Assembly: GCF_001194135.2 (NCBI RefSeq) | Contig: NC_068981.1 | Span: 148,329,282 to 148,381,220 of the forward strand | DNA: 51,939 nt | Reading direction: 5' to 3' | Source of the DNA: Octopus bimaculoides | Taxonomy: Eukaryota | Part shown: piece by piece, positions 1 through 12,792 of the stretch | How the letters are laid out: each line of letters opens with the position of its first letter | Position numbering within the stretch: the stretch's first letter is position 1 | The notes under the pieces: generated by a model | Database searches by the model: none | Told to the model about the DNA's origin: nothing | The model's input: only the letters and a program-made list of their open reading frames with translations | Position numbers and translations under genes: made by a program

Positions 1-290
1 ATATCAGAAACTGAAAGAAGACTGTCATATATATTTGTATGTGTGTGTGTGTGTGTGTGTGTGCGTGCGTGCATGTGTGCTTGTCTTCCACCACTGCTTG
101 ACAACCAGGGTTGCTCTATTTACGACCCCGTAGTTTAGCAGTTCAGCAAAAGATACCGATAGAATAAGTACCAAGCTCTAAAATAAAAAAAAACGTACTC
201 GGGTTGATTTGCTCAACTAAAATTCTACAAGACAGTGCCCCAGTATGGCCACAGTCTAATGACTGAAACAAGTAAAAGATAGACATACTC
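1..290 (+). mobile_element. SINE family B, 3' two-thirds
   Basis: cagaaactgaaagaagactgtc..cttgacaacc..gcaaaagataccgatagaataagtacc..ggccacagtctaatgactgaaacaagtaaaag. Confidence 0.8.
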
Positions 291-332
291 CAACTTCAGA
301 TGTGTTGTCTCATCTCACTGCCTTTTCCACCA

Positions 333-375
<43 letters not shown>

Positions 376-840
376 GACTACTACTACTACTACAGTAAAT
401 TCTGCTCCATGAAGATGGCTAGTCTTATTCTCCCTACACAGGGGCTTCTGACTAATTTGTCCTCTCCTTTTATTGCTCATGTTGTGACTAATCTGCCAGG
501 CACTGCATAAATCACAATACTGGAGCATTGGCTCTCATCTTGCTCATGTCTTTTCTTGTGGTCATCAACTTACAACATTTATGGTGGTGAGCTGGCAGAA
601 TTGTTATCATGTCAAACAAAAGATTTACTAGCATTTCTTTTGGCTCTTTACAATCTGAGTTCCTGCTGAGGCTGACTTTTCCTTTCACCTTTTCAGGGGT
701 CAATAAAATAAAGTTCCAGTTGAGCACTGGGATCAACATAATCAACTTATGCCGTCCCCTAAAACTGCTGGTATTGAACCAATACTTGAAACCCAAAATT
801 ATTCATGCATTACCTTGTAGCTTTGAGATTTCTATGATGT

Positions 841-1047
841 ACTCTCTTTACTTGTTTCAGCCATTTGACTGTGGCCATGATGGAGCACCACCTTTATAGT
901 CGAGCAAATCGACCCCAGAGCTTATTCTTTGTAAGCTTAGTACTTATTCTATTGGTCTCTTTTGCTGAACCGCTAAGTTACAGGGATGTAAACACACCAG
1001 TATCGGTTGTCAAGCGATGCTGGGGGGACAAACAGACACAAACATAT

Positions 1048-1082
<35 letters not shown>

Positions 1083-1430
1083 NNNNNNNNNNNNNNNNNN
1101 NNNNNNNNNNNNNNNNNNNNNNNNNNNNNNNNNNNNNNNNNNNNNNNNNNNNNNNNNNNNNNNNNNNNNNNNNNNNNNNNNNNNNNNNNNNNNNNNNNNN
1201 NNNNNNNNNNNNNNNNNNNNNNNNNNNNNNNNNNNNNNNNNNNNNNNNNATATATATGCATATACGACGGGCTTCTTCCAGTTTCCGTCAACCAAATCCA
1301 CTCACAAGGCTTTGGTCGGCCCGAGGCTATAGTAGAAGACACTTGCCCAAGGTGCCATGCAGTGGGACTGAACACAGGACAATGTGGTTGGTAAGTAAGC
1401 TACTTAACACACAGCCACTCCTGCACCTAT
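841..1430 (-). mobile_element. SINE family B, full length, gap in internal (TA)n
   Basis: Reverse complement of the 9601-10030 element. Confidence 0.85.
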
Positions 1431-2439
1431 ATGTGATTGTTTATTTTTAGAATAATATTGTAGGGTAAGTATGAGAGGCTGAATCTGCCCAGTTCAAAAA
1501 TAAGACAGGTAGGTTATTTGGGTGGGATAAAAATCCCTGTTTGTTCATGAGTGACCATGGGATTGCATCTAGAAAGTTCCCCTGTGAGGCACAAGTCCAG
1601 GCAAGGTTGTTTATGGTAGACCAGCAGTCATCTATGCATACCAGCCTCCCCTCTCCATGCCGCCGATGTTATCCAAGGACAAAGACTGACACAGCTTGAC
1701 ACCAGTGATGTCACAACTCATTTCTACAGCTGAGTGAACTAGAGCAATGTGAAATAAAGAGTCTTGCTCAAGGGCACAACATATAACCTGGTCCAAGTAT
1801 CGATCTCACTACCTCATGATTCTGAGCTGGATGCTCTAACCACTGATAGCTGGTTTAAATACAAAAGGGTTAAAGTACGAATTTTATGTCATAAAACCAA
1901 GGGAGGTCTCAGGTGGGATGGTATCAAAATGGTTAAAGCTTAAATGAAACATTAATGTCATCAGTCCTACCAATTTTGGAAGGCCTGCAAAATCTATGGG
2001 CATTGTTCCTTCCTTCACATCTAGCAAACAAAAAAACAAAACAAAAAAAAGTAAAGATAGAGAGTGAAAAAGAGAGAGGGAGAGAGAAAAAGCAAGAGAA
2101 AGAGAGAAATACACGCCCACAAATACACACATAAAAATATACATAAGAGGTGGGAGAGCTGAGTGAGTAGAGAGATAAATAGTCACACTATGGCTTAGCC
2201 ATGTTGGTTGATAGGTTGAGGGGAAGAAGGGAGAAAGATGTGATTAAAAAAAAAAATGATAACATGCATGTGCATCTACATGAGGGTGTGTTTGTGTTTG
2301 TGTGAGTGAAGGAGGTTTATAAAAGAACATTGTTGGTGAGAAGAAAATAAGTTGTTGGCTGGGAGCCAGGTTCAGTCAAGAGATACAAATAGCATATAAT
2401 TTTGCCCAGCTGTTGAAGGCAGCTTGCGGAGTGGCATGC

Positions 2440-2880
2440 TGGACTCATATTCGAGTGATTGATGATGTATTGGTGATGGTGGTGACAGCAGTGGTGGTGG
2501 CGGTGATGATGGTGGTGCAAGTGAGAGTGATGATAGTGGTGGTGATGGTGATGGTGGTAGTGATGACGATAGAGGTTGTTGTGGTGACAGTGATGGTAGT
2601 AACATTGCTGGTACTGATGGTAATGATAGTGGTAGTGGTGAGAGCGATGGTGGTGACGACGTTGGTGGTGAAAGTTGTAGTGGTGACAGTAGTTGCAGTG
2701 GTGGTAGTATCGACAGATTGTTAGCACTGATAATAGAGATGTGGAGGGTGAAACTAGTGGTGGTGGTAGTGATAGTGGTGACAGTGGTGGTGATGGAGTT
2801 AAGTGATGGTAGGAGTGGGGATAGTGGTGGTGTAGTAGAGGTGGTAGTGGTTGTGGTGGTGGTGGTGGTGGTGAAGGTCA
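2440..2880. repeat. Degenerate (GTG/GAT/GTA)n trinucleotide low-complexity tract
   Basis: Directly visible; produces spurious poly-V/H/T/P ORFs. Confidence 0.9.
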
Positions 2881-4697
2881 CAATAAGTGAAACAAAGGAG
2901 TAAACTAGGCATAAAATGTTACTTTTGAAACTACCATTTTCTTCTTCAGATATGCCACCCACCATATGTATCCTACAGTTTGGGTTTGAGTAGTCAGAAC
3001 TGTCACAGACTCTTCTAAGCTGGAGGCTTATACCCTGTTCTTGTTGTTTAGCTCCTAAGTTAGTAGACCTGTGATCAAGACCTATGAACCAAGGCATTAC
3101 AGATTCCAGCCATGGCAGTCCATCTTTCTTCGGGCAAAGTTTATAAGACACACATTATCCAATGTGTTCTTCTCTTTTAAGGTAGTAAGGGTGTGATTTG
3201 AGAAAAGTTTGGCTAATATTTCTAGCAGATATAATGAAGACATAGAAGCATCCTTAATGGTTTGATATGTTAACGATACTTGTTGGTACAATTTAATGGT
3301 CATTCCCGAAACTGCACAGATCAACATTAAGAATGCTAGGAAAGGTTTCCCTATGAAGAAGGACTGTGCATAGTTCTCTATGGAGTTGGGGTGGAGGAAA
3401 ACAAGACAGTAGAGGAAAGGCCCGAAGGGAATCTGTTGTATTCTTGTTGCTAAGCTATATATATATAGTTAAGTGCTGACACACAAAACTCTTGGCCCTT
3501 GAGTCACTGTTGTTTCTGGTAAATACTAGTTTCAAAATTTGGCACAAGGCCAGCAAGGTCAGGAGCAGGTGCAAGTCAATTACATTGACCCAGTGTTCAA
3601 CTGGTACTTATTTTATTAACTTTGAAAGGATAAAAGCAAAGTTGATCCTGTTGGAATTTGAACTCAGAACATAAATTCATGGACATTAACTGATGATGAT
3701 GAAGATGATGATATACAAATATTTCTGTATTTCCTCTCCTACCATTTTCATCACTAGCTATGCTTATGTAAGCAAAAATTAAGAAGTGACGCAAAAGGCT
3801 ATTTGAAGGCCATCAAATATTCAATGGTTTACAAATACACTAAATTTGAAAAGGCCCACTGAATATATCTCAGTGGTCCACCTATTTTGATCTCTGCGCT
3901 ATACAATAACTTGCTATACTAGACATACCAACTAAATACCCCTACCATCTTTAAAAAAAAAGGAAGGACACTAGATGATAATTTCCATTAAAAAACAGAA
4001 CAGAAAATAGAAGCTAATCATATTGAGAATGTCATTTGAATGACCAACAGACTGTTCACATGCTTTAGATGAAATTGATTTAGGTTGACCTGTGGCTATA
4101 CAACCAGCTGATATAGTATTGCTCTTAAATACTTTAAAGTTACATTTATTTTCTCCTTTTATGAAAAAAACAAAAAACAAAAAACAAAAAAAAACAAAAG
4201 AAAAATCTTTACAATTGATTCTTACTTGCAAGAGGTAAAATAAATTCATTTTGACTCATTTATCCACTTTGAGGCTCTATAATAGAATCCCAGAAAATCC
4301 AACGCAATATCTATTTATATTCTTTAATATTTCCTACTATCATGGCTTCATAAACCTAAATTTATACACCCATCAGCCAACGATTCTCATACTTTAGTAC
4401 ACACCTTTTTTTACTTGTCTTTGAAAAGTTCTAGTAGATGGAATGGCTAGTCATTATTTGTGAATGGAAGTATGATTACTATTTTAGTATATCTTTCATT
4501 GATTATATAAATACCATCCCATAAATAGGGTTCTTGATGACTGAGAAGCACTGATATCTCTTAAGCTACCTTCCTGAAACAATGCTGATCTTTGCCAAAA
4601 CAGATCAGTTCTAGTCTCGTTAACTCTGGAGATGATAAATAAGATACATTTTTTTTCTTTTAGTTTAAACACGAGGAAGAGGCCGTATCTAAAACTA

Positions 4698-4845
4698 GAA
4701 TTAGTAGTGTTATAATATTTTGGACTGAGTGTAGAGTAGAAACGGAAGCTTTAGTATTAGCAATCATATAGCTAGTTTGGACTGAGCATGGAGCAGAAAT
4801 GGAAATAGAGAATTAGCAATAATATAATAGGTTGAACTGAGTATC
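4698..4845 (+). repeat. ~56-bp minisatellite, third cluster
   Basis: Units at ~4698, 4754, 4810 with the same consensus as 10414-11015. Confidence 0.78.
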
Positions 4846-4879
4846 ATTATATTTATATGTTTGAAGCTAATTACATTTA

Positions 4880-5200
4880 TATAACTGATGTTTAGTCTGC
4901 ATATTTGGAGGGTGCTGTGAGCATGAAAAACAGGGTTAGGAAGGGAATTCCAGAGGGTTGATACTCTGAAAGGAACAACTGAGAGTAGTGATTAGTTTAA
5001 AGCTATGTCTGAAGAGAGAAGGAAGAATAAGTATATCATGTAGACTTAGGTGGAGAGTAGTATGAAACTAGCCAGCCATGAAGAACAGAAGCCATTGCAG
5101 GAACAATAAAAAAAAGTGGCATGAGAAGAATGTTTATCTGCGGGTCAGAGAGTGAAGTTTGTTGGTCAGCAAACCTTTACAATTTAATCAGATGGCTTTC
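4880..5200 (-). mobile_element. Old LINE (CR1/L2/Jockey-group) 3' remnant
   Basis: Minus-strand ..CNGFCSS..RVSTLWNSLPNPVF.. resembles the YYNGxCS...RTxxLWNSLPxxVF end of these ORF2s; highly decayed. Confidence 0.4.
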
Positions 5201-6012
5201 ATTTGGATGATGTTTAGGATGTGCCACCTTACATGCCAGTGCCACCTGACTGGCTCCCATGCTGGTGGCACATAAAAAGCATCCTTTGAGCATGGTCAAT
5301 GCCAGTACCGCCTGGCTGGCTCCTGTGCTGGTGGCATGTAAAAAACACCCACTACACTCTTGGAGTGGTTAGTGTTAGGAAGGGCACCCAACAGTAGAAA
5401 CCTTGTCAGATCAGATTGAAGCCTGGTACAGCCTCCTGGCTTGCCTGTTCTCAGTCAAACCGTCCAATCCATGCCAGCATGGATGTTAAACGATGATGAT
5501 GTGTAACAATGGTACCATTTCAGATGGAGCAATGTTCCATTGTGAGCCTCGTTTCCACCTTGTAGTGAAATGAGCTGTCTGTAGCCAAAGTATTTTCTGG
5601 GCCTAAAAAGGGAAACTAGTCCTTGGAATACAGTTTTTGGTTGCCTATGCATATGCACGTATAATAGAACCTGTATATTTTTGCATAGTGTATATTAAAT
5701 GCATTAATATTTTTGTAGACAAATTCATAAAAATAAAGTCATATGTACGTATTTTGGTCATTTCCAAATAAGTTTGTCAGGGAAAGTGCCAATGACTTTG
5801 TTAGATCCTTCCAGACTCATAAGACTGGTGCAATTAATGGCAAGCTTGAATGCTTGCAGGCCAATGCTTGTAGGAATAAAGAGAGAGAAGATAGAGAATG
5901 AGAAATAATTTCTCATTACCAACAGTAAATAAGCATAAAAGTAAACAAACAGAAAAGAATAGACAAAAAAAGTGCATAGCTCTCAAATTTTGGGGCTTGT
6001 AAACAAGAATGT

Positions 6013-6058
<46 letters not shown>

Positions 6059-6799
6059 ACACATACAAACTTGTGCATCTACACAAATCTATCTGTGCAT
6101 TCACACATAGATATACAGTAGTTTTTCAGTTTTTTTATTGGTTTCAGACATTGGAACATTGCCTTTAAGAATTTACTTGTTTCCGTTAAGCCTAATAATT
6201 TATCCAATACTTTTTTCATTTACCTTGGAAGAATGAACAGCAAAGTTGACCTGGGCAGGATTTGAAATCAGAACATAAAAAGGTGGAATGAAATACCATG
6301 AGAAATTTTGTTGGATGTTCTGATTTTGACATACTGCCATTCCTCACATAGATATAAAGTGTACATGCTTATGATTAAAAGAAAAAATGAGTTACTAAAT
6401 TTACATTATATGTTAGTGTGTTAACAAATTCTTAATGCTTGACAAGCTAAAACCACAATCAAAATTAGCTCAACCATGGGAGAATTAAGAAGCATGTTAT
6501 ATAGTTTTGAGTTGTTTCTACTTAACATCATAGAGACTAGAGATAACTGCACAGAGATAGGGAACAACACTTTAAGTGTTGCTAAGGGTACAGTTGACTG
6601 TAAGGTCCATTGCACTTTAAGTTTAGACATGTAATACTTCATATGTATGTGTTTATGTGTACACACACACACACACATGTAAGTATGTTTGAATGGATGT
6701 ATTAAATATATAATCTTTCCACTCTTTTGCAGAAGGGTGCATTGAGCTCTTATGTTTTTGTAACACAAAACATACATTCATACACAAATACAAACACAC

Positions 6800-7205
6800 A
6801 CTCTTTTACTTGTTTCAGTCATTTGACTGCGGCCGTGCTGGAACGATGCCTTGAAGGGTTTTTTAGTCAAAGAAATCGACCCCAGGACTTATTCTTTGTA
6901 AGCCTAGTACTTATTCTATTGTCTTTTGCCAAACTGCCAAGGTATTGGCACGTAAATACACCAACACTAGTTGTCAAGTAGTGATTGGGGGACAAATACA
7001 GAGACAAAGATGCATACACATAAATATATGTATATACGGATATGACAGGTTTATTTCAGTTTCTTTCTACAAAATCCATTCATAAGGCTTTGGTCAGCCC
7101 AAGGCTATGGTAGAAGACACTTACCAAAGATGGTATGCAGTGGGACTGAACCCAGAACCATGTAATTGGGAAGCAAACTTCTTACCACACAACCATACCT
7201 GCACT
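6800..7205 (-). mobile_element. SINE family B
   Basis: Reverse-complement homolog of 9601-10030, more diverged. Confidence 0.82.
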
Positions 7206-7243
<38 letters not shown>

Positions 7244-9379
7244 TATAAAGTGTATAATATATATAATTTACAGTTCTTAAAAAGTACATGTATTTATACA
7301 CACACGTATATACACACACTGTTGCACACACACTGTTGCACACACACTGTTGCACACACACACACACACCTGTATGGACATATAACTATGCGTATGTATG
7401 TATATGTATACATATGTATGTGAAGACATATGTCCTAATGGTTAGGGTTCTCGGTTCATAATTATCAAGTTGTGGGTTCTATTCCTGGACTGGGAAGCAC
7501 ATTGTACTCTTGAGCAAAGCAAATAATTATATGTCGCTCCATGAAAGGATGAGTTGCATCAAGTGTGGGAGAAGTGAGAGTGTGTCTATGTTTGCTTGAA
7601 ACTACATAAGTACCTAAAACAATTAGTGAAAGTGTGGTAGTACAAGCTATCAGCTCATATATTTGATTGTAAGGGATGGCTAAGCTTTTGTGCATATGTG
7701 TGTGTATGATACGATTACCTTAATACAGGTGTAATTTGAGGGCTATTTGGTTTCTATTTTTACGTCAAGCAACCATATAGAATCTCTTTCATGGGTGCAA
7801 GCAGTTAGGTAATGACAGCAAACTCTTATTATTTTTATCAGACATAATATATTTAAGATTACATTAACCCTTTAGCATTCAGATTACTCTGTCAAATGTA
7901 ATGCTTATATAGATATATATATATATATATTTCAAATAATATATGAGTATATGCATATATACGTACATGTATATGTAGATGCATATCTGGGTACAGGACG
8001 TTGCAAAAAAAAAACGTGGACAAAATGATAAACAGAGTACAGAAAACACACAGGCCACATAGAGAACATTTCCTTCATCAGCTGCCACCATTCTAAAAGT
8101 AAGCATTTCGAAATATATATATATATATATTCACATTGATTTGAATTAATCATGTATTATCTAGTAACTTTGAGATTTCAATGATGTGATTGCTTATTTT
8201 ACAATAACATTGTTAGGCAGGTGTGAGAGGCCAAATGGTTAAGTAAGGTATCCATCCTGTCTTAAGATAGCAGGGTGTGATTTGAAGGAGGTTTCCTGGT
8301 TATAATTCTTGCAGGTCAAACAACCTGGTAGATATTCCCTCATTGGTTTATATCCTGTCAGTGAAATAGTACTGTGTTCATGGCTACAGCACTTCATTTT
8401 CATATAGTCCAGTACTCATCCTCTTAACTGTGAATAGATATAAGTAGGAAGTCAACAAACTCAGTGACTTCATATTCTCAACATTGCCAAATGTTTATAA
8501 AATAGGTTTAGCTTCTACTTTTCAATTAAGAAATATTTCAGTGTTGAACAGCTGATAACCGTTTCTAAAACCCAAATATAATACTTTACGTTGGGGTATT
8601 ACTTTCATATCTGGGACAATATTCATCATTCAATCATAGTGCAAAACATAGTAAATACAGAAATTTCCTTCGTTATTTTATTTACCATTTCTTATCTCAA
8701 AAACACTAACAAATCTCATTCTGATTGCTTTATTTCACAGACTAAAATATTTGTCTTATTTTATAGCATTTTTTGCTATATAATGGTAAATATTCTTGCT
8801 TGGCTTATATTTCAGTGAAGGACTTTTAAGAATTAATATTGTTTTGTGTATAGACTAAATATATTGACTGTTTAGAAAAAAAAAGTTTTCTTTTTGTTCT
8901 ACATATTTCATGCCTTTTCCTCAAGTATCAGTTTTTGTTTGTTCATATATCTAATAGAATTCATTCATAATGGAGGGAAAAGCATCTTCTGGCAAAAAAA
9001 TCTAAAAAATTTAGATTATAGTCTGATATTGTCATAGACAATAAGTCTTGGTTTAGATTGTTAGCGTAACATTGTCAGAGATAGTGCCTTAAGGATCAGA
9101 TTTTTACTCTTGATAACATAATTTTAGTAGAAGAGTTGGTTTTGTATGAAATTCATGCACAGCAGACAGTGGAAAAGTGGGTAGTAGTGGAATGAAAGGG
9201 CAAAAAGGATATACATAAGGATATAGTGTGTAGTAAGTCTGCTAAGATAAAATGACAGCTACCATTCTTCAGTGTCCAAACAGGAAGCTGGAAAACAAAA
9301 CCCACAAAAAATAAAATAAGAAAATACAAAAATAAAGATAAAAAAAGAAGAACTATGTATAAAATTACTTTGAAGGGCA

Positions 9380-9475
9380 TCAACTTTTCATGATCAGTTC
9401 CTGAGCAGATTCAACGGAAGAGGAAAACAGAAGTGGAGTGATATCAGCATTGACAATTTCATTGCGAACAGATGG
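9380..9475 (-). CDS. SLC26A11: SLC26A11-like terminal coding exon with stop
   Basis: tcctttctttcag|CCA...TGA, 96 nt: PSVRNEIVNADITPLLFSSSVESAQELIMKS*, aligning with recalled VPVLRVLLSADLKGFQYFSTLEEAEKHL; followed by AT-rich UTR-like sequence. Confidence 0.82.
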   Translation of the reverse strand, partial: PSVRNEIVNADITPLLFSSSVESAQELIMKS

Positions 9476-9600
9476 CTGAAAGAAAGGATAAATAGATAAA
9501 TAAATGAATGAATGAATAAATAAATAAATAAAAAAAAAATGATTAAGGCATTATTATTATTGATTATTGATAATGTTGATTTATTATTGATGTCTTTTGA

Positions 9601-9780
9601 TAGGCGTAGGAGTGGCTGTGTGGTAAGTAGCTTGCTTGTGAACCACATGGTTCCGGGTTCAGTCCCACTGCGTGGCACCTCGGGCAAGTATCTTCTGCTA
9701 TAGCCTCGGGCCAACCAAAGCCTTGTGAGTGGATTTGGTAAACGAAAACTGAAAGAAGCCCGTCGTATATACATACATAC

Positions 9781-9812
<32 letters not shown>

Positions 9813-10030
9813 GTATATATATATATGTCTGTGTTTGTCACCCCAACATTGCTTGACAACCGATGCTGGTGTGTTTATGTCCCCATAACTTAGCGGTTCA
9901 GCAAAAGAGACCGATAGGATAAGTACTTGACTTACAAAGAATAAGTCCTGGGGGTCGATTTGCTCGACTAAAAGCGGTGCCCCAGCATGGCCACAGTCAA
10001 ATGACTGAAACAAGTAAAAGAATAAAAGAA
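9601..10030 (+). mobile_element. tRNA-derived SINE (family B), full length, internal (TA)n
   Basis: Head aggcgtaggagtggctgtgtggtaagtag..ggttcagtccc; 3' ggccacagtcaaatgactgaaacaagtaaaagaata. Homologous copies at 841-1430, 6800-7205 and others. Confidence 0.88.
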
Positions 10031-10336
10031 TAGAAGAATGCCTCATATTGTTTAATGTCATTTTTGACTGAAGATTGATATCAAAGTTGATGTAAAAATT
10101 AACGTCAATATACATTTAGAACTAGTTATGATATCATATGATGTCATAGAAATCAAGTCACAACTGAATGGTGTACATTTGGAACAAGTTATGATATCAA
10201 TCCCTGCTAAAATGTGACATCACAGAACACTAGTCATAGACCACTACCCCTGAATCTCACATTCATCTTTACAAATAGTATGCAATAATTAAATGTGCTC
10301 AAGCAAACATAGGGAAAATAATAAAAGTTGACTTAC

Positions 10337-10402
10337 CCTGAGGCCAGAGAGTATTAGTGAAATATTTCTTCCATTAAGTTCTGACACTAGTTTGAACAAA
10401 CA
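10337..10402 (-). CDS. SLC26A11: SLC26A11-like exon (STAS)
   Basis: ttctttatttccag|TGT...AGG|gtaagt, 66 nt, phase 0/0: CLFKLVSELNGRNISLILSGLR, aligning with recalled GLGELLQDFQKQGVALAFVGLQ. Confidence 0.87.
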
Positions 10403-10413
10403 CTGGAAATAAA

Positions 10414-11015
10414 GAATTAGCAATATCATACAAGTTTGGACAGTGTGTAGAATAGAAATAGAAACAAAGAATTAGTAATGTTATAGTATTTTGGACTGAG
10501 TGTAGAGTAGAAATGTAAACTTGAGAATTAGCAGTTATACAATAGTTTGGACAGGGCATAGAGTAAGGCAGTCATCTAGAGGCTCTGAGTTCAATCCCAG
10601 GTGAGGTACTAACTTAATTCACAAAAATTAACTGAAGCAAAAAATATGAAACACAGAGAGTGCAATGATAACAGTGTACTTCTGCGGATTAAATACAGGG
10701 TTAGGTTTGAAATTCTGATACAACAACCAAGTTCAACACAAGACACCTGAAGAAGACTGAAGCATACAGCAGCTGAAATGTAGTGAAAGCAACAATAAAG
10801 ATGAGGAAACCAGTCCAACTAATATAAACAGTATACGAAAGAGGATTAGCAATAATATAATAGCTTGGACTCTGAGCATAGAGTAGAAATGAAAATCTGA
10901 GAATTACCAATCATGTAATAGTTTGAAGTGAGCATAAGTTGAAGGACATCTGGAAATTAGCAATAATATAAGAGTTTGGACTGAGCATAGAGAAGAAATA
11001 AAGAAGAAAAACTTA
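10414..11015 (+). repeat. ~56-bp minisatellite, two clusters of about 3 units
   Basis: gaattagcaataatataatagtttggactgagcatagagtagaaat.. units start ~10414, 10469, 10525 and ~10843, 10901, 10954. Confidence 0.8.
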
Positions 11016-12557
11016 GCAACATTATAATGAATTACTCAAAGATGTTATTCTTATGAAAAAAAAAAAAAAATACTTAAATTAGTGTTATGTAGCAAACATT
11101 AACAAGCTAATTAGAACTAATTTGAAGGAAAAAGTCATATTGGTCAAAATGTAATATTATTTTTATTATTGAAAGGCAAAGTGGCTGAGTTCCATTTGAG
11201 TGTTGGGCCTCAGAGAGGCAATGAGCAAGACCTTTGGCATTATGTCGTGCTTGCAAAGAAGGCCCATCAAGCAGAGCAAAATCACAGCTGTGGCAGATCC
11301 TGGTGTCACACAAATGGCACCCATACTAGTGGCACGTAAAAGCACCCATTACACTCTCAGAGTGGCTGGCTTGAGGAAGGGCATCCAGCCACAGAAAACC
11401 ATGCTAAATCATACTGGAGCCTGGTGCAGCCTTCCAGTGTGCCAGTCCAGTCAAACCGTCCAACTCATGGACAACAAATGTTAAATGATGATGATGATGA
11501 ACTGACAGAGTCATTATCATGCCAGGCAAAATGCTTAGTAGTATTTCTTTCTGTTCTTTATGTTCTGAGTTCAAATGCTGATAAGGTCAACTTTGCTTTT
11601 ATCCCTCCCAGGTCAATAAAATAAAGTACAAGTCAAGAGCTAGGGTTGATATAAATAATCAACTTATGTCTTTCTCTCATAAATGGTTATCCTTGTGCCA
11701 AAATTAGAAAGAATATTATTAAAATTTTTTTGCCAAGTATGGTTGACAAATCTTGATACGTTTAGGTATTATGACTTCATCAGTGAAGCATATTTTTTAA
11801 CCATACTCATTGAAGTAATAATAGTGAAACACTAAGTCAATGTACAAGTGTGTACATTAGTTGGCATAGAAAATTTGAATTCTATATGGAAGACAATAGC
11901 TAAATTAGGGTTCACATATTTAGTGCAGAAATCATCAAAAAGTTAACTAGAAAAAACTATTTGCTGAGAAAACAAAACACTATAAGTCATTGACCATCCA
12001 GTCTTTTATTTTCAAATATAACATCCAAGATCTTATCACCTAAAGAGACTCAGCTGCTATTTCTAACAGGTCAAGTAATCAGATTTAGGCTACCTTATCA
12101 ACTCATAATACATATGCATGTATGTACGTGTGTTTGTATATGTGGTTATGCTCATACAAGCATATTTTGCATGACATATACATATCTATCTATCTATCTA
12201 TCTATCTATCTACCCACCATTTACTCATTTAATTAATTTTATCATTAAATTGAAGGATTGCCTCATAATCTTTTAATATAGTACATAGGGGACAATGCTA
12301 CTGGTGTTTATAGCCCCAGGAAGATGATTTCCCTTCACAAATACTACTTGGACACAGGCAGTGTGTCGTTAGCGAGCTGGAGGAAATGTCTTCCTGGGGC
12401 TATAAACAACAGTAACATCGTCCTCTATGGGTCTGCCACATTTAGGTGGCAAATATACTTCACGATATATATATCTATATATATATATATATATACCGAT
12501 ATATCTATATATATATATCTATATATATATCAATATATCTATCTATCTATCTATCTA

Positions 12558-12599
<42 letters not shown>

Positions 12600-12602
<3 letters not shown>

Positions 12603-12760
12603 TAAAAGGGTAAAGGTTTATCAATTTATTAATAAATCAACAATTAATAATTTTTACCAAGCCCTTCGGTATGTAAGCACCATTATCGGTGGAGAACTTA
12701 TTTAAAATATNNNNNNNNNNNNNNNNNNNNNNNNNNNNNNNNNNNNNNNNNNNNNNNNNN

Positions 12761-12792
<32 letters not shown>

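Noticed and set aside
2317-3151. Long His/Val/Pro/Thr-rich ORFs up to 259 aa
   Set aside because: Products of a degenerate trinucleotide tract open on both strands; no splice or domain support.
8055-8085. CTGATGA followed by a short AGGAA/TTC[T]CT stem (minus)
   Set aside because: No GAAA box follows, so a hammerhead cannot be supported.
10414-11015. Regularly spaced repeats as a possible CRISPR array
   Set aside because: The units are contiguous diverged tandem copies without unique spacers, in eukaryotic intron DNA with no cas genes.
12655-12692. Very degenerate hammerhead-like motif CCGATAA T GGT..ACC GAAG (minus)
   Set aside because: Three core substitutions and no convincing stem I or III; at most a fossil PLE terminal repeat.
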